A stretch of 51,155 nucleotides of DNA, filler included, from Sphacelaria rigidula (GCA_964200075.2; 2 parts of 2 records of this genome joined end to end with filler, not necessarily neighbours in it), one strand, 5' to 3'. Positions 1 through 11,030 are shown, counted from the whole stretch's first letter. Numbers and translations are program-made. Notes: a model not told the origin generated them from the letters alone.

Positions 1-210
1 CATGCATGATCATGAGTACATTCCCGCCCCCCCCCGCCCCCCGGAAAAAAAAATCACGTAGGACCTCAAATTTTCTGTTCTTGGGCTCCAAAGCTGTATC
101 GCGTACTGTAGTTGTCAACAGCGTGATGAATGCAGCCATATTTCGAGAAATCGGTGTGAATTTTCTCTAGATGATGGACAGAATTAATTAATTAATTGGT
201 TGGGATTGTA

Positions 211-264
211 TGGATGGATGGTTGGATGGTTGGATGGTTGGATGGTTGGATGGTTGGTTGGTTG
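211..264. repeat. (GGATGGTT)n / (GGTT)n microsatellite forming the tail of the repeat
   Basis: Directly visible tandem units. Confidence 0.95.
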
Positions 265-910
265 CATTTATTTTTTGGACAAGGGAAAGACAACATGGAT
301 CGAAACAAAAAATAACTCGTATGCTTTAGTACATAACAGTAGAATACCGCGAGAGGGTTATGAGCCCTCGCCTCTCTGAGATAACAGAGCGCTCTGTCGA
401 TTAAGCAATGACGGTGCGTTGAGGACAGGACAATGCTCAGGAGAGCTGACAGAGGAGATCCCAGAAGAAGACTGGGGAGTGAAGTGAAGTGAGAGACAGG
501 GGGCGAGCTGTACAGGCTCGCACCGTGTCTCGGACAAAGGACAAGCCACAAGCTAGTCGCGTTTACAGAACATGCTCGTGGTGTGGTGTAAAGTCAAGCT
601 CACAGGATGTGAGCTTGATGGCATCGTGTGCGTTGGCTTAGAGCTTGGAGCATACACATTGCTCCGTGGCTCCCAAGGCACACATGGACAGTTCGACAAG
701 TCTCTTAAGGCGATACAGCCGACACCCGAGGAACCGTCCTCGTGGCTAGAAGTTTCCTAGGGACAAGACTTGTAGGTCTGGTTCTACAAGGAACCATGAG
801 TCATGTTGGGTTCGCATAGCTGTGACCTACACTCGGCAATTTTCGCAATCAGACCAGCAGCCGGCGCAAATATTTGGCAAGAAAAGGAATGAGCAGACCA
901 GCAATGTTTC

Positions 911-1168
911 CACTGTCAGGACGAATCATCACGGGTTCGAATCAACGAATCCACGATTTCTTCGGCCTGATTGCCCAAAAGGAAGAAAAAAGTTGACCGC
1001 TGGTCCGAGGGGTATCCACGCAAATTTTGCGCCATTCCACGTATCTGGGGTGCGTGTACCTGGGTTGCAACGCTGAAAATAAATCCTAGGGATTGACTCG
1101 TGCGATTCGAATCAACTACACTAAAACCAAGTAATTTCTAGACGAATCATTGATTTGTCCGACCCTTG
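911..1168. mobile_element. hAT-like MITE
   Basis: Imperfect TIRs cactgtcaggacgaatca / tgatttgtccgacccttg. Degenerate 8-bp TSD aatgtttc (903-910) / aatccttc (1169-1176). The paralogous site in copy B (~39936, gatccttc) is empty. TIR matches the family at 47244-49210. Confidence 0.7.
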
Positions 1169-1260
1169 AATCCTTCGCAGAAGAGGAGCGTACGTATATT
1201 TTTTTGTCGACCCGGGTGATATCCGTTATCGTCCGCGATCGAGCTACCTGTGTAGGTGGT

Positions 1261-1621
1261 GAGGACGGTTTTCCCATCAAAGGGACCTCAAGGCACAGGG
1301 TAATGGATTCCTCCAAGAAGGGGTCGACAGGGTCATACTTCCGTCTTTCTGAGTGCTGCCAGCCTGCGGCGCTGCGGCGCTGAGGACGCCAAGGAGGTCG
1401 CATCCGATCTCAGTAGCTTCATCCAGACTCGCATCCGATCTCAAGCTTTCAGCTTGAACCGTCCGGATGAAGCTCTTGAGACCGGATGCGACCGCCTTGG
1501 CGTTCTCAGCGTCGGAGGCTGGCAGCACTCAAGAAGACGGAAGAATGACCCCGTCGACCCCTTGTTGGAGGTACCTACAACCCTGTGCCTTGAGGTCCCC
1601 TCTGATGGGAACACCGTTCTT
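1261..1621. repeat. Long inverted repeat (fold-back), arms ~165 bp
   Basis: 1261-1428 is the imperfect reverse complement of 1461-1621 (e.g. gggacctcaaggcacaggg / ccctgtgccttgaggtccc). The loop contains the mini-hairpin tcaagct-ttc-agcttga. Confidence 0.95.
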
Positions 1622-1799
1622 AAACGCAGTATTCTGTTTTCGGGACGTTGATGGAAATCAGTGGGGCCGACATATTATGTGCAGCATAGTTGATGATGTG
1701 TTGTGGGCGCCAAAAACGTGATGACGAAGGGGTTGGGTGGTGGCAAGACAGTTTGACATGTCGGTACATCCACCGATATTGATGGGAGATTGTGAGGCA

Positions 1800-3003
1800 C
1801 TTTACGGCATATTGAGATGACATGTCGCCGAAAAGACGAGGTAATATGATCATGTTATTACAGATGATGTTAGGATAGACGTGGATGAGATATCGCGGGA
1901 GGGATGGCGTGTCGACCAAGCATGGTGCACAGCTCAGGCATTGCAAGATTTTTAGGGGAAGCAACAGAGGGTAATTAATGGTGATTCCTCGATTGACCGA
2001 GGGACGAAAGGGGATGTGGGCAGGATTTGTTTGTTTTTTCCGGGGAAATTTTCATGACGTTTCGGCGGCGAAATAGCGGGATTTAGGTGATGGTTCCTGG
2101 TGTGGTGATTTGCGTCAAGATAGGCTATGTGAATACGTGTTCGCAGGGATTTTTCCGGGAAATTCCGATGAAGGCGGGGCGAAACATTTTCGTGGATGGT
2201 CGCTGGATTTATTTTATGAACGGCGGGGAATCATCGGGATTTCCACATACACTTCTGTGGTGGAGAGTTATGGTGAGGTACAAGGTCGTAGTTTTGTGGA
2301 AATCCAAAGAGCTTTGAGGGAAATGAGTTAGCTTGGATTTTTCCGGGAGATGTTGATGGGGTATCTGCGGCGAAGTATGGGCGTATGGACAGTGCGTGCT
2401 CCAGAGGTTACGTGCCTTAGGATTGTTCGCAAAACTCGGCAAGTTGGAGTGTTTTATGTGGGATGGCGTCGCCGTGAGTAATCGTAACGCACCGTAGAAA
2501 AATCTACTCGGAATTCGGCACATGTTTTCGTGGTCGTCGAAGCGTTTGATGTGTGAAAGGCGAGGATTTATGTGGATATATAGCGGGTAGATGCTGTTGT
2601 GGCAAAAGTGTCATGTACAGCACCTGTGGCATGGACGGGTATTGCAAGTGGCCGTGGAAAGGACGAGGTAGCAGTGCATGCATGAGGCGGGGATGAATTG
2701 GCGTTGGCGAGAAGTGATAACGATAGGGAAGAGCGGGCGAGAACCTGGGAAAGCAATACGGTATGTGCTCATAATATGTACCGACCACCTTCGGGCCCCG
2801 CCTTCGAGTGATGAGTGCATTTTCGCCGTGGCCTCTGAAGCTGCATGTGCACGACGTATTACGTGAGAGTGAGCAACTTTTTGATGTACGTCTGAGAAAC
2901 GCCGGTAGGATGTTTTTGAACACCAATTAAATTCAAAAACAGATTTTTCAGGACGAGGGGACGACAGTACAAATACTTGAACTGACCGACTCATCATTCT
3001 CAA
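1800..3003 (-). pseudogene. Decayed ORF with degenerate C2H2-like zinc fingers and a repeated SPxxHxNFPEK-like motif
   Basis: Minus-strand fragments FEFNWCSKTSYRRFSDVHQKVAHS, CMHCYLVLSTAT and QCLSCAPCLVDTPSLPRYLIHVYP resemble C2H2 spacing with some ligands mutated. Also TSPQIPHQHLPEKS, VSPRLHRNFPEKS and ISPPKRHENFPGKN. Many stops and frameshifts. Confidence 0.4.
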
Positions 3004-3379
3004 TGAAAAACTTTATCCTCGATTTTCATGATCGGTTGTTATCGATCATTACAAAGATTCCTGGTGTTTTGCCAGCTGTGCAGAATGCTACGGACGCCGC
3101 CTCACGACTGGAGTCGATGCGCGTGCGGTGGTCGTGTTGCACTATTCTAAAAGGTTCACTACAAGACCATGGTTCGTTTCATTAGTATTAGTACTTATTT
3201 TCAGGTACAACCCGCGATTTGCCCAACGGCGTCGGCGGACTACCCGCCGTAGACGTCTCCATCAGCCCAACGCACGGGTCATCACTTTCTTCTCAAAAGA
3301 CAACCGCCAGGGTCACATATGTACCTCCGCAACTCATTCGCATGATGAAACATGTATACAACTTTCTCTACAGGTTCAA

Positions 3380-6300
3380 TCAAAACGCGAAGTCATCGTC
3401 GTGGTCTTCGACAGCTTCCGATGCCGAATCCACTCTCTCCGAGCCGCTGCACTCGATATCTGAATCTCCAATCCAGATCCCGGCTGACTACTTGAATCCG
3501 CCCTCTGGCAACCATGCATGCCGCCGCCGCGCCCCTCTCATCCACGCGGCGTATATCAGCAAGACGGTCGATGGCGGCCTTCGAGTCGGACCAACTCTTC
3601 GGGGTGCCCCGTTGCATAAAGAGGTACTTGAACACCTGCGGCTCCCACGATACCTTCCTCAGTTCTTGTGCACTTTCGATGTCCATCTTGACAAAAGATC
3701 CAGCCGCTATGATCACGGCCCGTTTCTCCTCAGCCGAACCTGCAGCTGCCACCCGCTGGAGTGCCGGTTGAGCAGGCTGAGCACTCTTGATTTGGGCGGT
3801 GAGGCGGGAATCGGAACGCTCCAGTTCTCGTGCTCTTGCTCGCATGTTGCGAAGTTCAACGTAGGCCGCCATGCCAACCTCGGGCGCCATCACGGAAGGA
3901 ACGAGATAGATAAACTGACTAAGGCCGAGATAGCCCCCCCACAAAAAGTGCACCGGCAACATCCAACGAACCGGCTGCGATCCCACTATTGGGCTCGTTT
4001 GCAGCGATTTTGCCCACATGAGAGGAGTGTAGCAGTCTAATATCACCTACAACGCCCAAATCAGTCGCATCGTGCAGCACGAAACCATCTTTAACGGCAG
4101 TTATGATCATCGCCTCCGTGCACGGTTTTGGCCGGTTTAGGGGGGGGGCTATCTCGGCAGCAGTCAACTTTCGCCGCCCATCGCATGCAGTTCCCTCGAA
4201 CCCGCTTGTCTTCTCAAGCTTGACGCCGACTGCGCCGTCCGTCGCCACCACATCGAAAATTTCCAGCGCTTGCTCCTTGGTGCGCTTATCTAGAACAGCC
4301 CGGGCGTTTACTATGGTTCTGGCTTCGGTCAGCCAGGATTGAACATCCTCCAGCCCCACTACGCGCCCCGCCTCAACGGTCGCAATTACTTTATGGTGTG
4401 CTTCTGCAACAAAGTCCAGCTCGGCAGAGATAGCGGGGGGAAGTTAAACTAACAGTCGTGGGTGTGCAGCAGACCGGAGGGAGGGACTTTGGCTTTCGTC
4501 TATCACTCGCAATCCTGTGTCGCTCGCGTGAGCGCCACAAACAATCATACGGGTTGCATAAGCAATCTGAACTCGATTGATAATTTCGCACAAGCGCAGC
4601 CGGTCGTACACCATCACCATCCGCACACGACTCCAGAAAACCCCAAGCCTCCGGAATTCGTACCGCGCCAAGATAACGCCAGGCATTGCCTTCGCCGGGT
4701 CCTGGTCGATGGCAGGCGAAGCACAGTCACGATACCGGGTCGTGCATCCGACCGCAAGAGGAGCATGTGTTCCATGCGTCCTCGACGACGGGGAACTGGG
4801 TGCCGCACACGTCGTGACAAACCCGCTCGCGTCTTTTTTCCCTCTTCATCCTACTAACCGGGGTAAGCCCTGCCGGCGCAGAATACTCCCTCCTGCAGCT
4901 ATCACGATTGCCGGGGAGACCTTGAGAACTACTGCGTCGGGTCAACATCCTCCCTCTCTTACCCCGCGCGCGATGTTCACCACGATCAGTGTCGGGGGGT
5001 GGTGTCCGGCGGTCGGGATGTCTCATGAGCTCGCTGGCAACCCCGTTCTTAGGCGCCGGTGCTACCTGCTCTTGTTCCAAAGCCGCCAAATATGAGCTAC
5101 CGACATCTTCGACTCAACACCGGTCGACCTCAGGGGTGGCAGCATATGTATCCGTCTCCTTTTTCCGCTTAGATTTTGACGCCGACGCGCCTGCAGGAGT
5201 TGGTTGCGGGGTGCATGGTCAGCCTGGTCGCTCGTTACGGTATCCCGACGGCGTGGAAAATCCCCCCGGCGACCCCCGAGTAGGAGCCCGTCTTGCGTTG
5301 TATGGGAATGCGGATGTCGGCGCTTCTTCCGAAGAGTGTGTTACCAGCAGAAGGACTTCCTTCACCCCGTTTCTATGCTCCAACGCAGCCTTCTGTTGTC
5401 CAAGCCATACTCCCCATGCGCTGTCAACCTTCGAGTGATTCGTCGCGGTCCTCTATCGTCTCGCTGTATGTATGTGAGCATGCGGGGGTGTGCCTCTCCC
5501 GGAGTTGGGCGGGGTACGTATTTTCTTGGCCTTGGCTGACGGAGTTAAAGTCTGCACCTTCACGACTTCACCGCCGGCAGCTCTCCGCGTTTGCGGGGAG
5601 TGTTACCCATTTCCATGAAAGGCACTGTCGGCGAATTTCATCGTTACACCTCCCGTGTATTGTTTTCCGACGCCGAGGCGGCGGAGATTTCACAAGCTGC
5701 GCCTTCCCCGCCCGATCGAAACCCAAAGTGGTTACGTTCTGCGCTCGGACGGCCGTTGCCTTCCTCCAACCGCTGTTCTTGTATAGATGCGCCATCAATG
5801 AACGCGATGAACGCCTCCGACGCACTGAACAGTACAGTCGCCGTATCTCTTCCGTACGAAGGGGGGCTCAGCCACTTTTGCGATTTGATCCCTTCGCCGG
5901 TGGGACCCTCGGCGATTTCTCTCAGATTTTCAACCGGCGCTGTACGTCCGGAGTGCGTGAGAGGAGATTTGTTTTCAACCGCAGATGTGGAATGTGTCGG
6001 GCGGGATGACGGCGACAGTGGTGCAGGCACTTCATTGCCTGTCCGAAAGAGATGAAAAAACGATATTTGGGCACAACATGTCCACCATGTGGTCTAGAGT
6101 TTTATACTGTAAAGGGTCAGGGGTTTGTGTGGAAGGATGATATCCTGAAATGTAGGCATCCTCAATTTCGTTCAAAAGTCACAATCACCAGCGGGAACGA
6201 GGGGAAAGCCGCTGGATGCGCGGGATCTTCAGCACTTCAACTTCGCGCGGCATTAGTGCATGAGGGATGTTGTGGTACTCTTACCTCGCGACCGATCGCA

Positions 6301-6750
6301 GTGCCGTATCTCACGTTCGGTCTGCCCCGGCCGGCATCTCAGAAGTGCTCCAGACGTTGTACCCCAACTATGAGTCTTGGTGATCTTCCACATCTACGGT
6401 TAGCGAATGTGCCGGGGAGTGGATGCATGTAGGATTGTACGTCAATACTTTTGATCACAGATGTCTTCAATCGTACGGTTTTCATACTGTGCCGTCCGCC
6501 CTCAACGGGGTTTTGGTTGCCGCTCCATCTAATCTCACGGTTGCTGCATGCGATTATTTTACTGTTGTACGGTTCAACTTCAAAACTCGAAATCTATGTC
6601 GACGTACGCTCGGATTACCTCGCTCCATGAAGCGAGGTTGTTGGAATCCGGGTGCATGTTCCCAACATGCGCTCGTTGTGCAAAAAAAGGCGTCAGATGG
6701 GATTAATACCTTTCTTCATGGGGCACGTAACCCGCAGACTTACCTATAAC
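3380..6750 (-). pseudogene. Decayed protein-coding-like region of unknown family, with a Cys cluster
   Basis: Overlapping minus-strand ORFs 3919-4359, 3393-4046, 4727-5089 and 5644-6030 chain via frameshifts. Cys/His cluster VCHDVCGTQFPVVEDAWNTCSSCGRMH; acidic end DSDIECSGSERVDSASEAVEDHDDDFAF*. No RT, transposase or recombinase motif recognised. Confidence 0.35.
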
Positions 6751-7324
6751 CCATGGCCGCTTGTTGCGCATCGTGAATCCTGATGGCTTCGACATGACCG
6801 TCATATACGCACTACAGTAGGACCATATATTGTTTCTTCTTGCCGTCGGTGTTGTTCATACCCGAGCACTACACTTCACAGACTGCACGACAGTCTGTGC
6901 TGCACTGCACTGAATGAAGTTGTGCAGTTCTGTGCTACACTAGGGTGCACGATAATGTGCTGGACGTGCCTATACTGTACTGGGGTGAACAGCTTGTAGC
7001 GCAGGAAAAGCCCTGCACCCGTGTGCGGGTGCGGAGCAAAATTTAAACCTTTTCAAACTTCAGTCGAGTCGTTATTGCGACACCGATGGATTTCAGTGAA
7101 TCCTTTTGTGAAAGGTTACTTTACCTACATAGTGAGACGTTCCTCTGTACCTCTACCGGTGGTGTAGGCCGAGCGCCGTGCTCTCCCGTAACACCGGAGA
7201 TCAGGTTTCAGGAGGGGGGGGGGGGTGGTGTTCACCCTGGGCTGCACGGATTCTGCCCTTACTCGTTGCATACAGCACTGTTGCCGTTGCAATCTGCGAC
7301 ATGAACTGCATTTCCATACATTAA

Positions 7325-8200
7325 CACACCTTGCTTATCCACGCTTGAGCTCCTTCCGTCTGGGCCGCTCCTGCATGCACAGCTGGTGCGGACCATCCTT
7401 GTAAAATCGGGACATTCGCCATCATCCATCGCTTTTCACCGTTTTTCGCGGAGGCGTTTGAGAGACTGTCAAAGAAAGAATTTTCGGAGAGACTGTCAAA
7501 GAAAGAATTTTCTTTTTTTCCGGCGCAACACTGGAGACTTGCTGGAGCTTGGCTGGAGAAGCATCTCACCACATACATAGCAAATAGAAAGTATCTTTTT
7601 GGTATGTACATTACGCCACATTATGGGGAAACGTTGCCAGATTGTGCGCTCGGTGGGTAGGGTAGAGCCGAAGTCCCCGAGAGAAATATTCATACAAGAT
7701 TTCTTCAGTTTTTCATCAATATGATTGTGATTACGTGCTTTGTCGGGTGTGCTAATGCCGCCGTGGTTTTCTTTTGGGGGTGATAAAAAACGTGACACTA
7801 AACTAGCCATGAATCTGAAATATCTCGGAGCAGTTTTTCAAGAAAGAAAACGACTGTACCTGAGTGCAAGTACAAGGCCGTGATGTTAAGCAGAAGCCCA
7901 AGGTGCGTCTTCCATCATCACTCTCATCTTGAAGACCATTGTTGCTTAGACGTGCCGCTGCCCAAGGCACCGTACTCCAGTGCCCATATGCTGCAGCAAA
8001 CCTAGAGGCTTCAAGATCCAACACGGTGAACTTGAGGGCAGCCTTCTGGAGTTCCGTACACGTCGCACGGTGAGAGCTGCTGTCTTTCCTGTGTTTCTCG
8101 TTTCGCTGTTTCTGCTTTCTCTTCTTGGGGCGACAGGGAAAGTTCAGGCATCTTCACCCCCGCGGAAAATGAGCGAATTGACTGCATCTTTGCCCTTCAA
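7325..8200 (+). mobile_element. Possible piggyBac-derived remnant
   Basis: Begins after TTAA (7321-7324). Plus-strand fragments FLQFFINMIVITCFVGCANA and CRCPRHRTPVPICCSKPRGFKIQH loosely resemble piggyBac N-terminal and Cys-rich C-terminal regions. Lies next to piggyBac-type MITEs. Weak. Confidence 0.25.
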
Positions 8201-8310
8201 TGACGAGAGTAAGCCATCTATCTGTTGAATCAGCATCAATTTCACTTGAAAAAGGTGTGAAAGATCCAGATCGCTATTATTGTACGTCACAATCCTCACG
8301 GTCTACGGCG
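8200..8310. mobile_element. Degenerate copy of the ~100-bp piggyBac-type MITE
   Basis: Core tctgttgaatcagcatcaatttcacttgaaaaagg...gatccaga matches 26288-26385. Confidence 0.6.
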
Positions 8311-8313
8311 TAG

Positions 8314-8411
8314 CCCTTAGACCGCGAGGTTAGTCTTTCTGGATCATGCATACTTTTGTTCACTTGAAATTGATGCCGATTCAACAGAAGACTACCCTCG
8401 CGGTCTAAGGC
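8314..8411. mobile_element. piggyBac-type MITE (~100 bp)
   Basis: TIR cccttagaccgcgagg / cctcgcggtctaaggc, followed by TTAA. Same family as 26288-26385 in the opposite orientation. Confidence 0.85.
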
Positions 8412-8520
8412 TTAAGGGTTAGATAGGAGTTGAGAGTTTTCCCGTAGCAATTGATGCGTGAAAGTTGGATCTTTGTGTCCTGCTCGCTCTCTTCCCCTCA
8501 CTCCCAGCTCCACTGCCGAA

Positions 8521-8620
8521 ACCCGATGACCGCGAGGGCAGGTCAGCTGCTGAATCGGCATCAATTTCACTTGAAAAAAGTGTGCTTGATTCAGATAGAC
8601 TATCCGCATTGCGGTCTAAT
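8521..8620. mobile_element. Diverged piggyBac-type MITE copy
   Basis: gaccgcgagggcaggtcagctgctgaatcggcatcaatttcacttg...gcggtctaa; closest to the 17353-17453 copy. Confidence 0.65.
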
Positions 8621-8740
8621 ATGGGCGTGTCTTTTATAGCACGTAAGAGCCGCCTGTGACCACGGAAGGCGTCCGCATAAGATGCCCAGTACCAATGTAC
8701 CGCGCAGATATCGGAACGGTTTTTAATGTGAAGACAACAA

Positions 8741-9162
8741 GAGCCTGGATCCGTTTTTTATATTCAACATTTCAATTACTTTCAACCCGAAAACAGTGCT
8801 TTCCCTGACCCAAAGTCATGACCAATGAATTTCATATGGACGACCTCATGCCCCTCAATCTCCTTAACACTATTTCTGGGGTTTGCCCGTCTTCCGTGCC
8901 CCCAAAGCGTATGTGCGAAAGCACCAATTTCGGGCTAAAAACGTCCGCCTTTTCGCCCCGATATCAAGGCGAAAAGGTGATTTCGCACGAACGCTTTGGG
9001 GGCACGGAAGACGGACAAACCCCCCAAAAATAGTTTTAAGGAGGTCGGGGGGCATGAGGTCGTCCATGTGAAATCCATTGGTCATGACTTTAGGTCAGGG
9101 AAAGCACTGTTTTCGAGTTGAAACTCATTAAAATGTTGAACCTCAAAAACGGATCCAGGCTC
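8741..9162. mobile_element. Fold-back element / palindromic MITE, arms ~185 bp
   Basis: Ends gagcctggatccgttttt / aaaaacggatccaggctc; arms pair to about 8925/8976. The ORF track shows mirror ORFs 8818-9033(+) and 8870-9085(-) with near-identical N-termini. No TSD seen. Confidence 0.9.
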
Positions 9163-9169
9163 CTACATT

Positions 9170-9340
9170 AGTTTTCGATCGAAAATGTGCGATGGAAAAG
9201 AAAAATCCTGATCTGATAGATCATATTTTCAACCATCGTCGTTACTTTACATTAACGACGATACTTTACGACTATGGTTGAAATTACGACCTATCAGATC
9301 AAGATTTTTGTTTTTCACCGCACATTTTCCATCGAAAACT
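9170..9340. repeat. Inverted repeat (~65-bp arms) related to the Harbinger-type MITEs
   Basis: agttttcgatcgaaaatgtgcg...ttcaaccat pairs with atggttgaaat...cgcacattttccatcgaaaact. The right arm matches 10234-10300. A TIR-like agacacggcc follows at 9350-9359. Confidence 0.85.
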
Positions 9341-9362
9341 TCTGTACCAAGACACGGCCTAA

Positions 9363-10188
9363 GGGCGTGTCTTACGCTGTAGCACTTTGTTTCGATCGAA
9401 AAAGCGCGGTCGATTTTTTTTTTTGCCGCTTTGATAGGTCCACCGCATTCATGTTCCTCGAAGGTTTCAACTCAAAATAGTAATTAGCGGCGCGCGAAGA
9501 ATGCAACGGGGTAAAAACCAATCGTTTCCGATCGAAAACATGCGGTCGAAAGGCACAAAACGGCACTTGACTCCTATCTTACAGACCACCACGGCAAATA
9601 ACATCTGTTCACAGGACCATGCACATTCCATCCACCTCATTCCCAGCTACCACCGCAACCCTGCAGCATAGAGCACGAGTTGAGCACAGGGATAAATACA
9701 CTACAGTTTTGGGGTGTGTTTTGTTTATTTTTCTTTGGCGAAAACTTGCGCATCTTCTCTCATGGTAGGCATCAGGAACGGAACTGCGTGGTACGGTGGG
9801 TAACCGAGTTGCGTGTACGCTCATGGACAGTGCAAGCAGCACAAAGCTGCACGTTGCTGACGTCCTTTTCACGTCGCATTGTAGGCAGAGAGAGGTGATA
9901 GTCCCGGGCTGTCTGCACTGCACGTTGCCCGCTTCTCCTTTATATCCTCCTGCACGAAACACGCACACACGCACTCAAGACACCCTGCTTGCAAGCATTG
10001 CAAACATTACAGACTGTCTGGACAGTCCACGAGTGACCATACACCGTTTCACGAATTTCACTGTCTTTTTTCGATCGAAAGCTTGAAAATCCATCTGGAC
10101 CCAACTGCATCAAAACGAGAAATTTTCGCTCAGATCAATTCCACCGCCGCACTTTCTCGATCGAAAACAAAAGCGGTTAGACAGGCCC
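9363..10188. mobile_element. PIF/Harbinger-type non-autonomous element
   Basis: TIR gggcgtgtct / agacaggccc, flanked by TAA at 9360-9362 and 10189-10191. Repeated subterminal tcgatcgaaa motifs. Confidence 0.8.
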
Positions 10189-10203
10189 TAAGAAGCGGCC
10201 TCA

Positions 10204-10322
10204 GGCCGTGTCTCGAAAAAGTGCATTTGGATGATGGTTGAAATCACGACCTATCAGATCGGAATTTTCGTTTTCCACCGCACGTTTTCGATCGAAAAGT
10301 GATGTGCCAATAAGACGCGCCC
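10204..10322. mobile_element. PIF/Harbinger-type MITE
   Basis: TIR ggccgtgtct / agacgcgccc, with 3-bp TSD TCA on both sides (10201-10203, 10323-10325). Confidence 0.75.
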
Positions 10323-10360
10323 TCATGAATTGAAAAAATTCACTGGAGACAGTCGTTTTG

Positions 10361-11030
10361 GTCAGTTTCCAGATACTTTTTTCAGAATGCGATCTTACAA
10401 ACGGGGTCTTATCGGAAGTGGTATCACTTAAAAAAAAACACTTTTTGGAAAGTCGATCGATGGTTGGTTGTTGCGACACCCCCCCCCCCCCCCGAAAAAA
10501 AAAATGACAAAAAACCTTTTGCAACAGTGATTTTGTGATACCTCGAACGGGAACATAATACGTCCCGTTGACAGGGGCATAAGGCTTGGTATACAAGTCA
10601 ACACAATCAAACGCGGACGTGAGGATCGCATTACCCTCGCAAGCCGAAACGCACCGCTCCATCCATCAAACAAAAATTGCCAAGTGTAGATTATTAAGAG
10701 CCAGCGCTTGAGCTAATGCGCGTGAGTGGTAGGTATCTGTGCGTGAATTTTCGTGGCTCGGTGTGTTGGCGCTGCGTTACCTCGTTGCGTCTTGTCTATA
10801 GCAGTGCAGAGATATCGGGCTGACGGCCACTTCCAGAACCGCCGCATTTTTGAACCTGTGTGCAGATCTGGGCTTCGATCTGGACAAAACTGCTTGTCGA
10901 TAAGACTCAGAACCCGTCGTTGTGGGAGTAATCGCTTCTCCAAGGGTGATTTTTTTTAAGTGATAACCACTTCCGATAAGACCCCGCCTAATAGGTCCAT
11001 TTTTCATGAAAACGTCTCTGGGCACTGCGA
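10361..11030. mobile_element. Non-autonomous TIR element, superfamily unclear
   Basis: cggggtcttatcggaagtggtatcacttaaaaaaaa (~10402-10437) is the reverse complement of ttttttttaagtgataaccacttccgataagaccccg (~10950-10986). Weaker pairing extends outward; TSD not found. Confidence 0.65.

Larger units (their letters stand above)
181..1840 (-). mobile_element. Terminal segment of an unclassified interspersed repeat (copy A; copy B at 39652-40530)
   Basis: Collinear blocks shared with 39652-40530: aattaattaattggttggg; caagggaaagacaa.atggatcgaaa; actcggcaattttcgcaatcagaccagc; tccttc.cagaagaggagcg; the long hairpin; gacg..gaaggggttgggtg. Copy A has extra segments at ~315-825 and 911-1168. On the minus strand it ends in a (CCAA/CCAT)n-(TAAT)n tail. 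Confidence 0.8.

Noticed and set aside
181..197. aattaattaattaa as another assembly linker
   Set aside because: No flanking Ns, and a variant occurs at the matching end of copy B (39652), so it is part of the repeat tail.
3003..3520. Plus-strand spliced gene suggested by ATG at 3003 and tttcag / ctacag acceptor-like sites
   Set aside because: The joined exons give no recognisable protein and overlap the minus-strand coding-like relic; unsupported without RNA data.
7460..7512. 27-bp tandem duplication, and a 22-bp repeat at 45394/45455
   Set aside because: Isolated slippage-type duplications with no further structure.
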